This document shows positions 47,320-57,359 of a stretch of DNA of 64,000 nt, one piece after another. Below the pieces are notes generated by a model, which did not search any database, was not told the DNA's origin, and worked only from the letters and a program-made list of their open reading frames with translations. The stretch covers positions 1,041,603-1,105,602 of the forward strand of contig OZ244879.1 in the NCBI GenBank assembly GCA_965221295.1, read 5' to 3'. Position numbers and translations under genes: made by a program. Source of the stretch: Dehalococcoidia bacterium (GTDB lineage Bacteria > Chloroflexota > Dehalococcoidia > Lucifugimonadales > UBA3495). Numbering within the stretch: position 1 is the stretch's first letter; the number at the start of each line of letters is the position of its first letter.

Positions 47320-49926
47320 GTGATGATTAAGTCCATGGCGACCAACTGGCGGCTTGGAGTTGCCAGGTGGATGGGTGAACGCATCGGGTGGCAGCCGCGT
47401 TTTGGTTGGCCGGACGCGTCGTTCGCGCCGTTCGGGCTGATCGCGCTGGTGGCGGCCGCGATGCGGCTGTGGGAACTGGACGGGCGGGTGATGCACTATG
47501 ACGAGGCGATTCACCTGCACTACGCCTGGAAGTTGGCCAACGGCGTGGAGTATGCGCATTCCCCGTGGATGCACGGTCCCTTCCAAATTGAGCTGGTGGC
47601 CATACTGCTCAAGTGGTTGGGGGATACGGACTTCGTGGCGAGGTTGCCGTATGCGCTCTTTGGCGTCGCGCTGGTGGCCCTGCCCTACTTCCTGCGTCGT
47701 CAAATGGGAGACAAAGGCGCGATTTGCGCCGCGTTGATAATGGCCTTTTCGCCAACGCTGTTGTATTTCAGCCGGTTTGGACGGAACGATATCCTGATGG
47801 CGGTATGGGCCACGCTGCTGCTGATCTTTCTGTGGAGATACCACGAAAACAGCAAACGCCCGCATTTGCTCGGAGCGGCGGCGGTTACAGCGTTGATGCT
47901 GGCGTCCAAAGAGACGGCGTATTTCGTGATACTCTTCATGGGGTTGGCCGCTCTTGGCCTCGGCTGGCGCCAGGTGTGGGCGGTGGCGAGACGTCAAGCG
48001 GCGTTGGCCGACCTGCGTGGCGCCGCTGGGTTCTTCGTGTTGCTGGCGACGCTGACGTTGCCGCAAGCGGCGGCGGCGATTTCCGTGGTTCAGGGCCCGT
48101 TGGGTCTGACGCTGGCGGCGACGGATTCCGGGTCCACTGGAGAAACCGGCGCGCCAGTATGGGAGGCCCCGTTCGCGTCTTTGCCAATTTGGGAGCCGCC
48201 CGTTTTGATGCACTTCATCGCGCTGCTGGCGTCGCTGGCGGCGCTGGTGGCGGTGGCGCGATGGGTGTGGAAGGTCAGGAACGTTCTGGACCTTGCGGTA
48301 GTGTCGGCGGCGGGCGTGAGCGCCGTTGCGGCGGTGGCGGTGGTGACGCTGGGGCCGGCGCAGGGCCTGCTGCCCGAATTGGGAACGACGGCAAGGTATC
48401 TGGATTGCGCGATTGGCGCCGCGCTGATGGCGGTCGGGTTGGCGATACCCCGGTGGTTGTCGGAGGAACTGCGGAGCTGGCGCCGGATCGCGGTTCTCCT
48501 GGGGGCGCCGGCGATACTGACCTGGCTGTGGCTGGTGGCGTTCGGCGACGGGTTGAGTTTGATGGCGCAAATGCTGCCGGCCGCGGCTCCGGCGGCGGAG
48601 TTGGAAGCAGGCACGATCGCGGTGAACTACCTGGTTCCCGCGTTGACGCTGCTGCTGCTGGTGGTGGTGGGTGGAGTCGTGGGGGCGCTCTGGGGCGGGG
48701 GCGTCTGGATAGTGTGCGCCGGTTTGTTCTATGTCATTTGGGGGACGCTCTACACGACGTTCTTCACCAACTGGCCGGGTGTGTTCACCGGCGGATGGCA
48801 GAGCCTGGGCTACTGGCTGGCGCAGCAGGAAGTGGCCCGGGGCAACCAGCCCTGGTACTACTACCTGGTGGGGATGACGGTTTACGAGGCGTTGGCGCTG
48901 GTCTTTGGGCTGGCCGCGGTGGTGTGGCTGATACGGAGGCGAGAGCCCTTTGGCGTGGTACTGGCCGCGTGGGTGATAGCGACCATGGCCATCTACACGA
49001 TAGCGGCGGAGAAGATGCCCTGGCTGTTGGTAAACATTACGGTTCCGTTGGCGCTGGCGGCCGGAATGTTGCTTGGCAATCTGATGGATGGCATACGCTG
49101 GCCGTTGCAGGTTGCGGAGCGCTGGCGTACCGGCCTGCTGTTGGCCCTGTCGCCGGTTTGGATTCTGACGGCGGTATGGATCGTTTGGCTTTTGGCCCGG
49201 GGCGGAGCGGGGTACCTGCCAGCATGGTTGACGGCGATGATTCTATTACCCATGGCGGTGGGCATCGCGTGGTTGGTGAGGGTTCAACCCAACGGTGGCC
49301 GGCTGATGGCGTTGGGCGTCGCCGGGTTGCTGTTGATCTTCGGTACGGTGGCGGCCATGCGGGCGGCGTACACCTACGACGACTCCAACGTCGAGATCCT
49401 GGCCTACGCCCAGGGGTCTGCTGACTTGGTGGAGTCGTATGCGGCGTTGAAGGAGGAAGCCTGGGCCGGGGAAGGAGCGTCCGCCAGGGTCGAGGTGGAC
49501 TACGACATGTGGTATCCGTTCCAGTGGTACGTGCGGCAGGAGACGGAGGCAGGGACTTTGCGGTTCGACCGATTCTGCGCCGCTGGGTCGGACGGCGGGT
49601 CGGACAGTTGCAAGAAGGTGGGCGAGGACACTGGCCCGGTGGCCTACTTGACGGAGAAGTCCCACGCCGTGGAGGAACAAGACGCCGGCGACTACCGCAG
49701 GGAAGGCCCGATGCGGAACCTGCTGTGGTATCCTGAAACCTACCGACGTCCGGAGGAAGCCCGCACTGAAACCGCCATGTGGCGTCAGTTGACTGCGGAC
49801 GTTGAATTCTTCACGGATAGCGCGGTCAGTCGTGAGAAATGGCAACAGGCCATCGAGTATATTGTGGCCCGGCGGCAGGACAGCGACTGGTACACGGCGG
49901 AATACTATCAATACTTCCGGAGATAG
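47320..49926 (+). CDS. large polytopic GT-C-like membrane protein (TIGR03663/Agl23-like, PMT/ArnT-related)
   Basis: 868 aa with many TM helices. N-terminal RVMHYDEAIHLHYAW...SPWMHGPFQ (DE and HGP motifs that I recall as hallmarks of TIGR03663). QPWYYYLVG. Start is GTG 47320 or ATG 47323. Confidence 0.75.
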   Translation: MMIKSMATNWRLGVARWMGERIGWQPRFGWPDASFAPFGLIALVAAAMRLWELDGRVMHYDEAIHLHYAWKLANGVEYAHSPWMHGPFQIELVAILLKWLGDTDFVARLPYALFGVALVALPYFLRRQMGDKGAICAALIMAFSPTLLYFSRFGRNDILMAVWATLLLIFLWRYHENSKRPHLLGAAAVTALMLASKETAYFVILFMGLAALGLGWRQVWAVARRQAALADLRGAAGFFVLLATLTLPQAAAAISVVQGPLGLTLAATDSGSTGETGAPVWEAPFASLPIWEPPVLMHFIALLASLAALVAVARWVWKVRNVLDLAVVSAAGVSAVAAVAVVTLGPAQGLLPELGTTARYLDCAIGAALMAVGLAIPRWLSEELRSWRRIAVLLGAPAILTWLWLVAFGDGLSLMAQMLPAAAPAAELEAGTIAVNYLVPALTLLLLVVVGGVVGALWGGGVWIVCAGLFYVIWGTLYTTFFTNWPGVFTGGWQSLGYWLAQQEVARGNQPWYYYLVGMTVYEALALVFGLAAVVWLIRRREPFGVVLAAWVIATMAIYTIAAEKMPWLLVNITVPLALAAGMLLGNLMDGIRWPLQVAERWRTGLLLALSPVWILTAVWIVWLLARGGAGYLPAWLTAMILLPMAVGIAWLVRVQPNGGRLMALGVAGLLLIFGTVAAMRAAYTYDDSNVEILAYAQGSADLVESYAALKEEAWAGEGASARVEVDYDMWYPFQWYVRQETEAGTLRFDRFCAAGSDGGSDSCKKVGEDTGPVAYLTEKSHAVEEQDAGDYRREGPMRNLLWYPETYRRPEEARTETAMWRQLTADVEFFTDSAVSREKWQQAIEYIVARRQDSDWYTAEYYQYFRR

Positions 49927-50256
49927 GGGTAGCGATGAAGGCGGTTGAAAAGTGACTGCCGCCGCGGAGCTGGCGGAAGTGGGGAAGGCTTCCTCTGGAA
50001 GGCGAGCGCCGATTGCCCAGTGGCTGGATCAGCCGGCGGTTAGACGGAAGGGTCGCCGCCGTCGGATGCAACCAGGGCGCCCAGGGATAACTGCCCGGAA
50101 CTCCAGGCAACTGGCAGGCGGATCGCCTGTTGGAGTTGGGGCAATGCCTCTCACACCGGTTTGTGTCGATCGCCGGGGCGGGTGTGCTCCGCAGACGCGG
50201 CCACTTGCTGGGTCTGCGGCTCCCACTGGAACGCGCGGGTCTTGGTTTCGCGGCGC

Positions 50257-51483
50257 ATGTCCGGCGGGATGGTCCGGTTGGCAACGGCAATGACCTATTT
50301 TTTGGGCAACTGGCGCTTTTGGGCCGGCGTACTGGTCAGCGTCGTTACGCTGGCCGTGTTGGTGTTGCTGGTTGACCGCCGGGAGCTGTGGGAGGCGCTG
50401 CGCGCCGCCAACTATCTGTACCTGGCTCCGGCCATCGCGTTGTATTTTGTGGGGCAGTGGTTTCGGGCGTTGCGGTGGCAGTATTTGCTGTCCCCCATTG
50501 CGCGAATCTCGACCTGGCGACTGTATCCGGTGATCATCATCGGGTACATGGCGAACAACGTGCTGCCGGCGCGGCTGGGCGAACTGGTCCGAGCGGTGTA
50601 CCTGTCGCGAAGGGAGCGGGCGGTGAGCGTGCCGGCGTCTATTGCCACGCTGAGCGTGGAACGGCTGTACGATGGCTTGACCCTGCTGACGATGGGTGCG
50701 GTAGCCGCGCCGGTTCTGCTGGCGGCCGGGTTGTTCAACGAGGCGAGTCTGGCCTACCGCTCCACGGCTGTAGTTTTGGTGGTTGGCGTCCTGATGAGTT
50801 TTGTGGCGGCGCTGGTGATACTGACGGCGCTGGCGTGCAGCCGGCGGACGCTGAACGGCGCCCTCGCCCTGACGGGTTTGCTGCCGGCCCGCTTCCGCGC
50901 CATGGCCGGGGACATCATCGTCAGCTTCGTCGAAGGGCTGGGGACCCTGAACTCTCCGGCGAAGCACGCCGCGCTGTTTGCCGGATCATTGCCGATATGG
51001 TTGGCGGAGGCGGGGGTTTACCTGATCGTCGCGTACTCCTTCAATTTGGACGCCTATTTCGCCTCATTTTGGTATCTGGCGCTGGCTATTTTGTTGGTTA
51101 CGGTGACATCCAACTTGATTACGGCGATTCCCGCGTCGATTGGGGGCATAGGGGCCTTTGAGATAGTGGCGCAGCAGACCCTGGTGGGATTGTCCGTGGG
51201 TGGAGCGACGGCGGCGTCGTACTCGGTGGCGGTTCACCTGCTGGCGCTTTGGTTGCCGGTGAACTTGGCGGGATTGGGAGTGGCTTTGTGGCAAAACGTT
51301 TCGCTGGGCGGACTGGCGCGAATGCCCGATGGCGGAGACGCGGTCGATCCATCGACGGTTGATCCATCGACGGTCGGTCCATCGCCGGCTGACGAGACTC
51401 AGCGCTCCAACGAAGCAGGACAGGAGCCGGCCGGATCGCGGCGCGAAGTGGCCAACCCCGCCGCCGGAGCCGCGCAGGATTGA
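50257..51483 (+). CDS. flippase-like / lysylphosphatidylglycerol-synthase TM-region family (UPF0104) membrane protein
   Basis: YFVGQWFRALRWQYLL and GYMANNVLPARLGELVRAVYL. Start uncertain (50161, 50257, 50269 or 50290). C-terminal tail DPSTVDPSTVGPS comes from a 15-nt repeat. Confidence 0.7.
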   Translation: MSGGMVRLATAMTYFLGNWRFWAGVLVSVVTLAVLVLLVDRRELWEALRAANYLYLAPAIALYFVGQWFRALRWQYLLSPIARISTWRLYPVIIIGYMANNVLPARLGELVRAVYLSRRERAVSVPASIATLSVERLYDGLTLLTMGAVAAPVLLAAGLFNEASLAYRSTAVVLVVGVLMSFVAALVILTALACSRRTLNGALALTGLLPARFRAMAGDIIVSFVEGLGTLNSPAKHAALFAGSLPIWLAEAGVYLIVAYSFNLDAYFASFWYLALAILLVTVTSNLITAIPASIGGIGAFEIVAQQTLVGLSVGGATAASYSVAVHLLALWLPVNLAGLGVALWQNVSLGGLARMPDGGDAVDPSTVDPSTVGPSPADETQRSNEAGQEPAGSRREVANPAAGAAQD

Positions 51484-51490
51484 CGGCGCC

Positions 51491-52810
51491 ATGAGAGTAG
51501 GGATCATCGGCGGAGGAGCAGCCGGGCTAGCCGCGGCCTACGAACTGACCAAGCAGGGACACTTTGCGGAAGTGTTCGAGGCGGCTCCATTCCTGGGGGG
51601 TCAAGCCTCCACCTTCGAGGTTGGCGGCGGCCAGCTGGAACGAGGTTATCATCACCTGTTCGTCAGCGATACCGACATGGTGGAGTTGATTGAGGAACTT
51701 GGCTTGGGCGAGTCCATGGAGTGGCTGGAATCCAAGGTCGGATTGTTTCACGGCGGGCGGATCTGGGACTTCGCGACGCCGATGGATCTGCTGAAGTTCT
51801 CGCCTCTGCCGTTCACCCAGCGCATCAGGCTGGGATTGTGGACGTTCTTCTTGCAGAAGGCGCGCGATTGGAAGAAGTATGAACACATTACCGCGGTGGA
51901 ATGGACGCGGCGACACATGGGGGACGCGGCCTACCGTGTGATCTGGGAGCCGATGCTACGTGGGAAGTTCGGCGACCATTACGACAAGATCAGCATGACG
52001 TGGCTATGGGGCAAGATTTACCTCCGGGTGGCATCGCGGAAGGGAATGCAGAAGGAGCGGCTGGGGTACCCGATGTGCAGTTTCGGACGGGTCTTCGACC
52101 TGTGCGGCGAGCGCGTAGTCGAGCAGGGCGGCAAGGTGCACGTTGGCGTTGGGGTTCAGCGGGTGAACGTCCGGGAAGGCCGTGCGGTGGGACTAACCGC
52201 CGGGACGCGCGGCGGCGAGGCAAAGGACTACGAGTACGACGCGGTGATCGCCACCACGCCTTCGTATGTATTCACGCGTTTGGTTCCCGAACTATCAGAT
52301 GAATACCGAGCGATATTGGAATCTGCCCAGTACCTTTCCGCAACGCTGATGATACTGGTCCTCGACCGGCCGCTAACGTCCAAATACTGGTTGAACGTTG
52401 CGGACCGCTCCCTGCCCTTCGTGGGCGTGATCGAGCACACCAACATGATCGATCGCAACCTGTACGGCGGCCATCACATCGTGTACCTGACCAACTACCC
52501 GGACCGCGATAGCGATCTATACCGCAAGGAACCGGAGGAATTGCTGGAGGAGTTTGCTCCCCACCTGCGGAAATTGAACCCCGACTTCACCCGCGACTGG
52601 ATCGTGGAGTACCACCACCACCGGGTGGACGGCGCGCAGCCGATCATAGGCGTCAACTACAGCGAGCGGATACCGGACCACCGGACGCCGGTGGAGTCGC
52701 TGTACCTGGCGAACACGACGCAGATCTACCCGGAAGACCGGGGGACGAACTACTCGGTGCGGATGGGGCGACAAGTGGCGCGGATGGCGCTGGAGGACGG
52801 CGGAGCCTGA
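51491..52810 (+). CDS. NAD(P)/FAD-dependent oxidoreductase (amine oxidase / desaturase-like)
   Basis: ATG 51491 (MRVGIIGGGAAGLAAAYEL, GxGxxG), 8 nt after the previous stop (track start 51329 overlaps it). Confidence 0.75.
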   Translation: MRVGIIGGGAAGLAAAYELTKQGHFAEVFEAAPFLGGQASTFEVGGGQLERGYHHLFVSDTDMVELIEELGLGESMEWLESKVGLFHGGRIWDFATPMDLLKFSPLPFTQRIRLGLWTFFLQKARDWKKYEHITAVEWTRRHMGDAAYRVIWEPMLRGKFGDHYDKISMTWLWGKIYLRVASRKGMQKERLGYPMCSFGRVFDLCGERVVEQGGKVHVGVGVQRVNVREGRAVGLTAGTRGGEAKDYEYDAVIATTPSYVFTRLVPELSDEYRAILESAQYLSATLMILVLDRPLTSKYWLNVADRSLPFVGVIEHTNMIDRNLYGGHHIVYLTNYPDRDSDLYRKEPEELLEEFAPHLRKLNPDFTRDWIVEYHHHRVDGAQPIIGVNYSERIPDHRTPVESLYLANTTQIYPEDRGTNYSVRMGRQVARMALEDGGA

Positions 52811-53059
52811 CCCGCCATCTAGAATGCCTGCGACAGAGGCGGAGGGTACAGACCGGGCAACTTGGCGCTGGCGCACACCCGCCCCAAGATTGACGGCGCC
52901 ATCCAACCGCACGCTATGAAATCAGATAATGCCAACGTTCCCGCCGTCGAGTTCGCCAGCAGAGGCAATTTTCGACGCAAGGGGGCAGCCCCTATGATGC
53001 ATGTTGGGTAGATTTTTAGTATAATCACAACATCCTGTGGCCCGCTTTGTTAGATTATC

Positions 53060-53737
53060 TTGCCCACCATCGCCGTATTGGCCGCCCAGCGCAATGGCCG
53101 ACACCCCGACCCAGGGATCCGCGCGGTTGAGGCGGCCGGAGGAAACGCGCGCGCCGCGACCGCATCGTCGGGCGCGGGGTTTTTTGCCGAGGCCGGGGGA
53201 CTGCTGATTTCGGACGCTGGCCTGGGAGCTGACGGCGCAGACGCCGGCGCGCTGGCGCTGCTGGAGGCGGCCCTGGAGATGGACCTGCCCACGTTGTTGA
53301 CCGGCCGCGGAATGCATCTGCTCAATGTCTGCTTCGGTGGAGATCCGCCATCGGCCAACTCAGCGAGAGTTGGCGACGGTGGGTGTGCCGCCGACGTTGC
53401 GGTCAATGCCGGCGGCAAGCCGCCGCGGCGTCAGATCTACCTTTCGCCCGGGTCCAAGATGGCGGCCATCATCGGCGGCGCGGGCATGTTCCGTATGGAT
53501 AGCGAGGCTTGGGCCTGCCGCAGGGCGCTCAAGGAGGCGCAAAGGGCGGAACGGTTGATGTCCATAGCCTATCAGTTGGACGACGGCGTGATCGAAGGTC
53601 TGGAAAGCAAAGAACATAGTTGGGTTATCGGAGTGCAATTTTTGCCGGAACTCTCTGAGCGCGTTCCGGCCAGCTTTAACAGCCTGTTTCTGGGGCTGGT
53701 TGAAAGGGCGGACGAATTTTGCCGCCACAGGAGATAA
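53060..53737 (+). CDS. class-I glutamine amidotransferase (peptidase C26)-like protein lacking the catalytic Cys and His
   Basis: 225 aa, TTG start, no clear RBS. LPTLLTGRGMHLLNVCFGG aligns by eye to PvLGICRGmQlLNValGG, with Gly in place of the nucleophile Cys. VIGVQFLPE aligns to lGVQWHPE, with Leu in place of His. Confidence 0.55.
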   Translation: MPTIAVLAAQRNGRHPDPGIRAVEAAGGNARAATASSGAGFFAEAGGLLISDAGLGADGADAGALALLEAALEMDLPTLLTGRGMHLLNVCFGGDPPSANSARVGDGGCAADVAVNAGGKPPRRQIYLSPGSKMAAIIGGAGMFRMDSEAWACRRALKEAQRAERLMSIAYQLDDGVIEGLESKEHSWVIGVQFLPELSERVPASFNSLFLGLVERADEFCRHRR

Positions 53738-53743
53738 CGGAAC

Positions 53744-56470
53744 ATGACCACAGCCCCTCCACCGCAAACCGGCGGCGACTTCAGCCCGCGTCCGATTCAG
53801 GACGAAATGCGGGAGTCCTACCTTTCCTACGCGATGTCGGTGATCGTTTCCCGGGCGCTGCCCGACGTTCGGGATGGATTGAAACCGGTGCAGCGGCGCA
53901 TTCTCTACGCCATGCACGACATGGGGATTCGTCCGGGCAGCCAGTACCGGAAGAGCGCGCGCATTGTGGGCGAGGTGTTGGGCAAGTTCCATCCCCATGG
54001 CGATGGGTCGGTGTACGACGCGCTGGTGCGCATGGCGCAACCCTTCACCATGCGGGCGCCGCTGATTGACGGCCAGGGCAACTTCGGCAGCATTGACGGG
54101 GATCCGCCGGCGGCGATGCGATATACGGAGGCGCGCCTCACCGCCATCGCCGATGAGATGCTGGCCGACATCGACCAGCAGACGGTGGACTTCGCCGACA
54201 ACTTCGATGACTCGATCAGGGAACCGCAGGTGCTGCCGTCGAGGATGCCGAACCTGCTGGTGAACGGGTCTTCAGGCATTGCCGTTGGCATGGCCACCAA
54301 CATGCCGCCGCACAACCTGGCGGAAATTTGCGACGCAGTTTGTTACGTGATTGACCACCCGAATTGCGACGTTGACCAATTGATGGAAATCGTGCCCGGC
54401 CCGGACTTCCCGACGGCCGGTCGCATCCGTGGGGTTTCCGGCATTCGCGACATGTACGCCACCGGACGGGGGCGGGTGGTGATGGAGTCCGTCACCGAAA
54501 TCGAGGAAATGCGCAACAATCGGCAGCGCATCGTGGTGAGCGAACTGCCGTTCCAGGTGAACAAGGCGAACCTGGTGGAAAAGATCGCGGGGCTGGTGCG
54601 TGACAAAACGTTGGTGGGCATCAGCGACATACGCGATGAATCCGACCGGCGAGGCATCCGCGTGGTGATCGAGCTGTCGCGGAACGCCCAGGCCACCGTC
54701 ATCCTCAACAACTTGTTCAAGAGAACCGCCTTGCGTCAGTCATTCAACGCCATCATGCTGGCGCTGGTGGATGGACAACCGCAGGAGTTGTCGCTGAAGG
54801 ACCTGATCCGCAACTTCATCCTGCACCGGGAAGAGGTGATTCGACGGCGGACCGAGTATCAGCTGGGCCGAGCGCGGGACCGGGCCCACATTGTGGAGGG
54901 TCTGCTCAAGGCGCTGGACGCCATCGACGCCATCATTGAAACGATTCGCAACAGCCAGGACGTAGAGGCGGCGCGGAACAACTTAGTGCAGGACTTCGAC
55001 CTCACCGAGATACAGGCGCAGGCCATCTTGGACATGCAACTGCGACGGTTGGCGGCGTTGGAGCGTCAGCGGTTGGACGAGGAATACAACGATCTGCTGG
55101 CGACCATCGCCGAGCTGGAAGACCTGCTGGGGAACCCGCAGAAGATCCGCAACGAAATCAAACGGGAGACCCGAGAAGCCAAGCGCAAGCACTCCAACCC
55201 TCGGCGGACGGTGATCCTTGCTGAAGAGCTGCAAGAGCAGTCCATCGAGCAGTTCATCGTGCAGGAGGACGTGGTAGTCACGTTGAGCCAGCGTGGTTAC
55301 ATCAAGCGGGTGCCTATCAACACATATCGCAACCAGCGCCGCGGCGGCAAGGGCGTGCGGGGCGCCAACAACCGCGAAGATGACGCGGTGATGCAGATCG
55401 CGGTGGTCAATACCCACGACCAACTGCTCTTCTTCACCAATAAGGGACGGGTTTACCCGCTCAACGTCTATGAGACGCCGAACGATGCCGGGCGCACAGC
55501 TCGGGGGACACTGCTGGTGAACCTGATTCCGCTGCAACCCAACGAGCAGGTGCAAACGATGCTGCCAGCCAGCAGGGACGAATACAGTCACCTGTACGTC
55601 TTCGCCACGCGCAACGGTCGGGTGAACGCCCTGCGCCCTGGCCAACTGCAGAACTTGAGAAAATCTGGCCTGATTGCCATGAAGATCCAGGACGGCGACG
55701 AGTTGATCGCCGTTCGACCAGTGGCGGGCGACGCGTCCATCGTGCTGGTGACTGAGCAAGGGCAGGCGTTGTTGTGTCCGGTCAACAGCATACCGGAGCG
55801 CAACCGGAATGCCTCTGGCGTGATTGGCATGAGATTCAAGGACGAATACGGCGGCCGAGACCGGGTTGTGGCGATGGACGTGGTGAACAATGCAGAGGAC
55901 GAGTTTCTGCTGGTGGTTAGCGAAAAGGGCTATGGCAAAGCGACTCCCCTGTACAACAGCAAGGGAGAGGCCGTGTATCGCGAAACCAACCGGGGCGGTA
56001 TGGGCGTCAAGACGTTTGCCGTGGACCAGGGCGACAAACCCACCGGCCCGGTGGTGGACGCCAAGGTGGTTAACTCGGCCGAAATGAACGAGGAGGAGGG
56101 CCACGAAGTCTTCATCATCTCGGCGCAAGGCCAGGTGGTCAGGATAAATTTGGCCGAGGTCAAGGTGGTCAACACGCGCCAGACCAAGGGCGTGATCATA
56201 TGGCGTGAACGGGGCGGCGACGACAGCGTGGTGTCCATCTACTGCTTCCGCGCCAACGACTACAGCCAGGATGATCCCACCCGCCAGAATGGCGCGGCGC
56301 CCGCCGGTTCAGCTCTGGCTGAGGCCGAGGTTGTGGCGGCGGTGGCCGACAGTCAGTACGAGGACGAAGAATCTGAAGCAGACCAGGCAGAAATGCCGGA
56401 TGACGCTGACGATGATGGGGACGACGAACAACCCGACGCGCCGTTGAACGGCCAGGGATCACTGCTGTAG
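53744..56470 (+). CDS. gyrA: DNA gyrase subunit A
   Basis: 908 aa. [32 protein letters not shown], active-site [10 protein letters not shown], six-bladed C-terminal domain, acidic tail. Confidence 0.95.
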   Translation: MTTAPPPQTGGDFSPRPIQDEMRESYLSYAMSVIVSRALPDVRDGLKPVQRRILYAMHDMGIRPGSQYRKSARIVGEVLGKFHPHGDGSVYDALVRMAQPFTMRAPLIDGQGNFGSIDGDPPAAMRYTEARLTAIADEMLADIDQQTVDFADNFDDSIREPQVLPSRMPNLLVNGSSGIAVGMATNMPPHNLAEICDAVCYVIDHPNCDVDQLMEIVPGPDFPTAGRIRGVSGIRDMYATGRGRVVMESVTEIEEMRNNRQRIVVSELPFQVNKANLVEKIAGLVRDKTLVGISDIRDESDRRGIRVVIELSRNAQATVILNNLFKRTALRQSFNAIMLALVDGQPQELSLKDLIRNFILHREEVIRRRTEYQLGRARDRAHIVEGLLKALDAIDAIIETIRNSQDVEAARNNLVQDFDLTEIQAQAILDMQLRRLAALERQRLDEEYNDLLATIAELEDLLGNPQKIRNEIKRETREAKRKHSNPRRTVILAEELQEQSIEQFIVQEDVVVTLSQRGYIKRVPINTYRNQRRGGKGVRGANNREDDAVMQIAVVNTHDQLLFFTNKGRVYPLNVYETPNDAGRTARGTLLVNLIPLQPNEQVQTMLPASRDEYSHLYVFATRNGRVNALRPGQLQNLRKSGLIAMKIQDGDELIAVRPVAGDASIVLVTEQGQALLCPVNSIPERNRNASGVIGMRFKDEYGGRDRVVAMDVVNNAEDEFLLVVSEKGYGKATPLYNSKGEAVYRETNRGGMGVKTFAVDQGDKPTGPVVDAKVVNSAEMNEEEGHEVFIISAQGQVVRINLAEVKVVNTRQTKGVIIWRERGGDDSVVSIYCFRANDYSQDDPTRQNGAAPAGSALAEAEVVAAVADSQYEDEESEADQAEMPDDADDDGDDEQPDAPLNGQGSLL

Positions 56471-56552
56471 CGCCGCCTCTGAAGTCTGGGGCGGATCAGA
56501 TTTCTGCCCCCGGCGCAGACCAGCCCGAAATGCGGGCGCAGGACGACGACCG

Positions 56553-57233
56553 ATGAAACTACTGATGGTGCACGGTTCGGGCCAGAACGAACTGACCTAC
56601 CACTACCAGACGGCGGCCTTTGCGGAAGCCGACGCGGTGAATTTGCCGGGGCATCCCGATGGCGAACCGAGAGACAGCATCGGCGGGTACGTAGACTGGC
56701 TCCGCGAATACGCGACTGGCAGGGGGTATCCGCCCTTCGTGTTGTTCGGACACTCGATGGGCGGGGCGATCGCCCTGGACTATGCGCTGCGATTTCCCGG
56801 GGATCTGGCCGGATTGGTTTTGATCGGGACCGGAGCGCGGCTGCGGGTGCACCCCTACTATCTGAACCGATGCCTGGACGAATCCCAGTGGAGGGCAGAG
56901 GCTCCGGGATATTACGAGGCAATCAATCGAGAGATGGCGCCCCAACTGACCGCTAGGGCGTTACAGTCTGGGCCGATGGTGGAGCACAACGACCTGTCGT
57001 GTTGCGACAAATTCGACGTCATGGATCGGGTCAAGGAAATCGGCGTCCCGAGCCTGGTGGTGGTCGGCGCCGACGACGTGATGACTCCGGTGCGTTACGC
57101 GGAATACCTGGGCCGGGAATTGCCGGACGCCGAAGTGGTGGTTGTACCCAATTCCGGCCATTTCGTAACGCTCGAGCAGCCGGATCAGGTCAACGCGGCG
57201 GTGGCGCGGTTTTTGGAACGGCTGGGCAGGTGA
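56553..57233 (+). CDS. alpha/beta-fold hydrolase
   Basis: 226 aa. MKLLMVHGSG, nucleophile elbow GHSMGG, C-terminal GHF. Confidence 0.8.
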   Translation: MKLLMVHGSGQNELTYHYQTAAFAEADAVNLPGHPDGEPRDSIGGYVDWLREYATGRGYPPFVLFGHSMGGAIALDYALRFPGDLAGLVLIGTGARLRVHPYYLNRCLDESQWRAEAPGYYEAINREMAPQLTARALQSGPMVEHNDLSCCDKFDVMDRVKEIGVPSLVVVGADDVMTPVRYAEYLGRELPDAEVVVVPNSGHFVTLEQPDQVNAAVARFLERLGR

Positions 57234-57359
57234 CCGGGCGGGCGTCCGGTCTGGGCGATGAGTCGTTTCGAGATGCGGTTTCGCCTCCGTGATCGCGAGA
57301 AGCAACGGGGAGCGGGCAACACCGCGTCGATGCGAACGCCCGGCAAAGGAGCGGAGCCA

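Noticed and set aside
47125-49424. 481-aa minus-strand and 603-aa plus-strand (alternative frame) ORFs over the TIGR03663-like gene
   Set aside because: Both are Arg/Gly/Pro-rich shadow frames of a gene whose chosen frame encodes a coherent polytopic membrane protein with conserved motifs.
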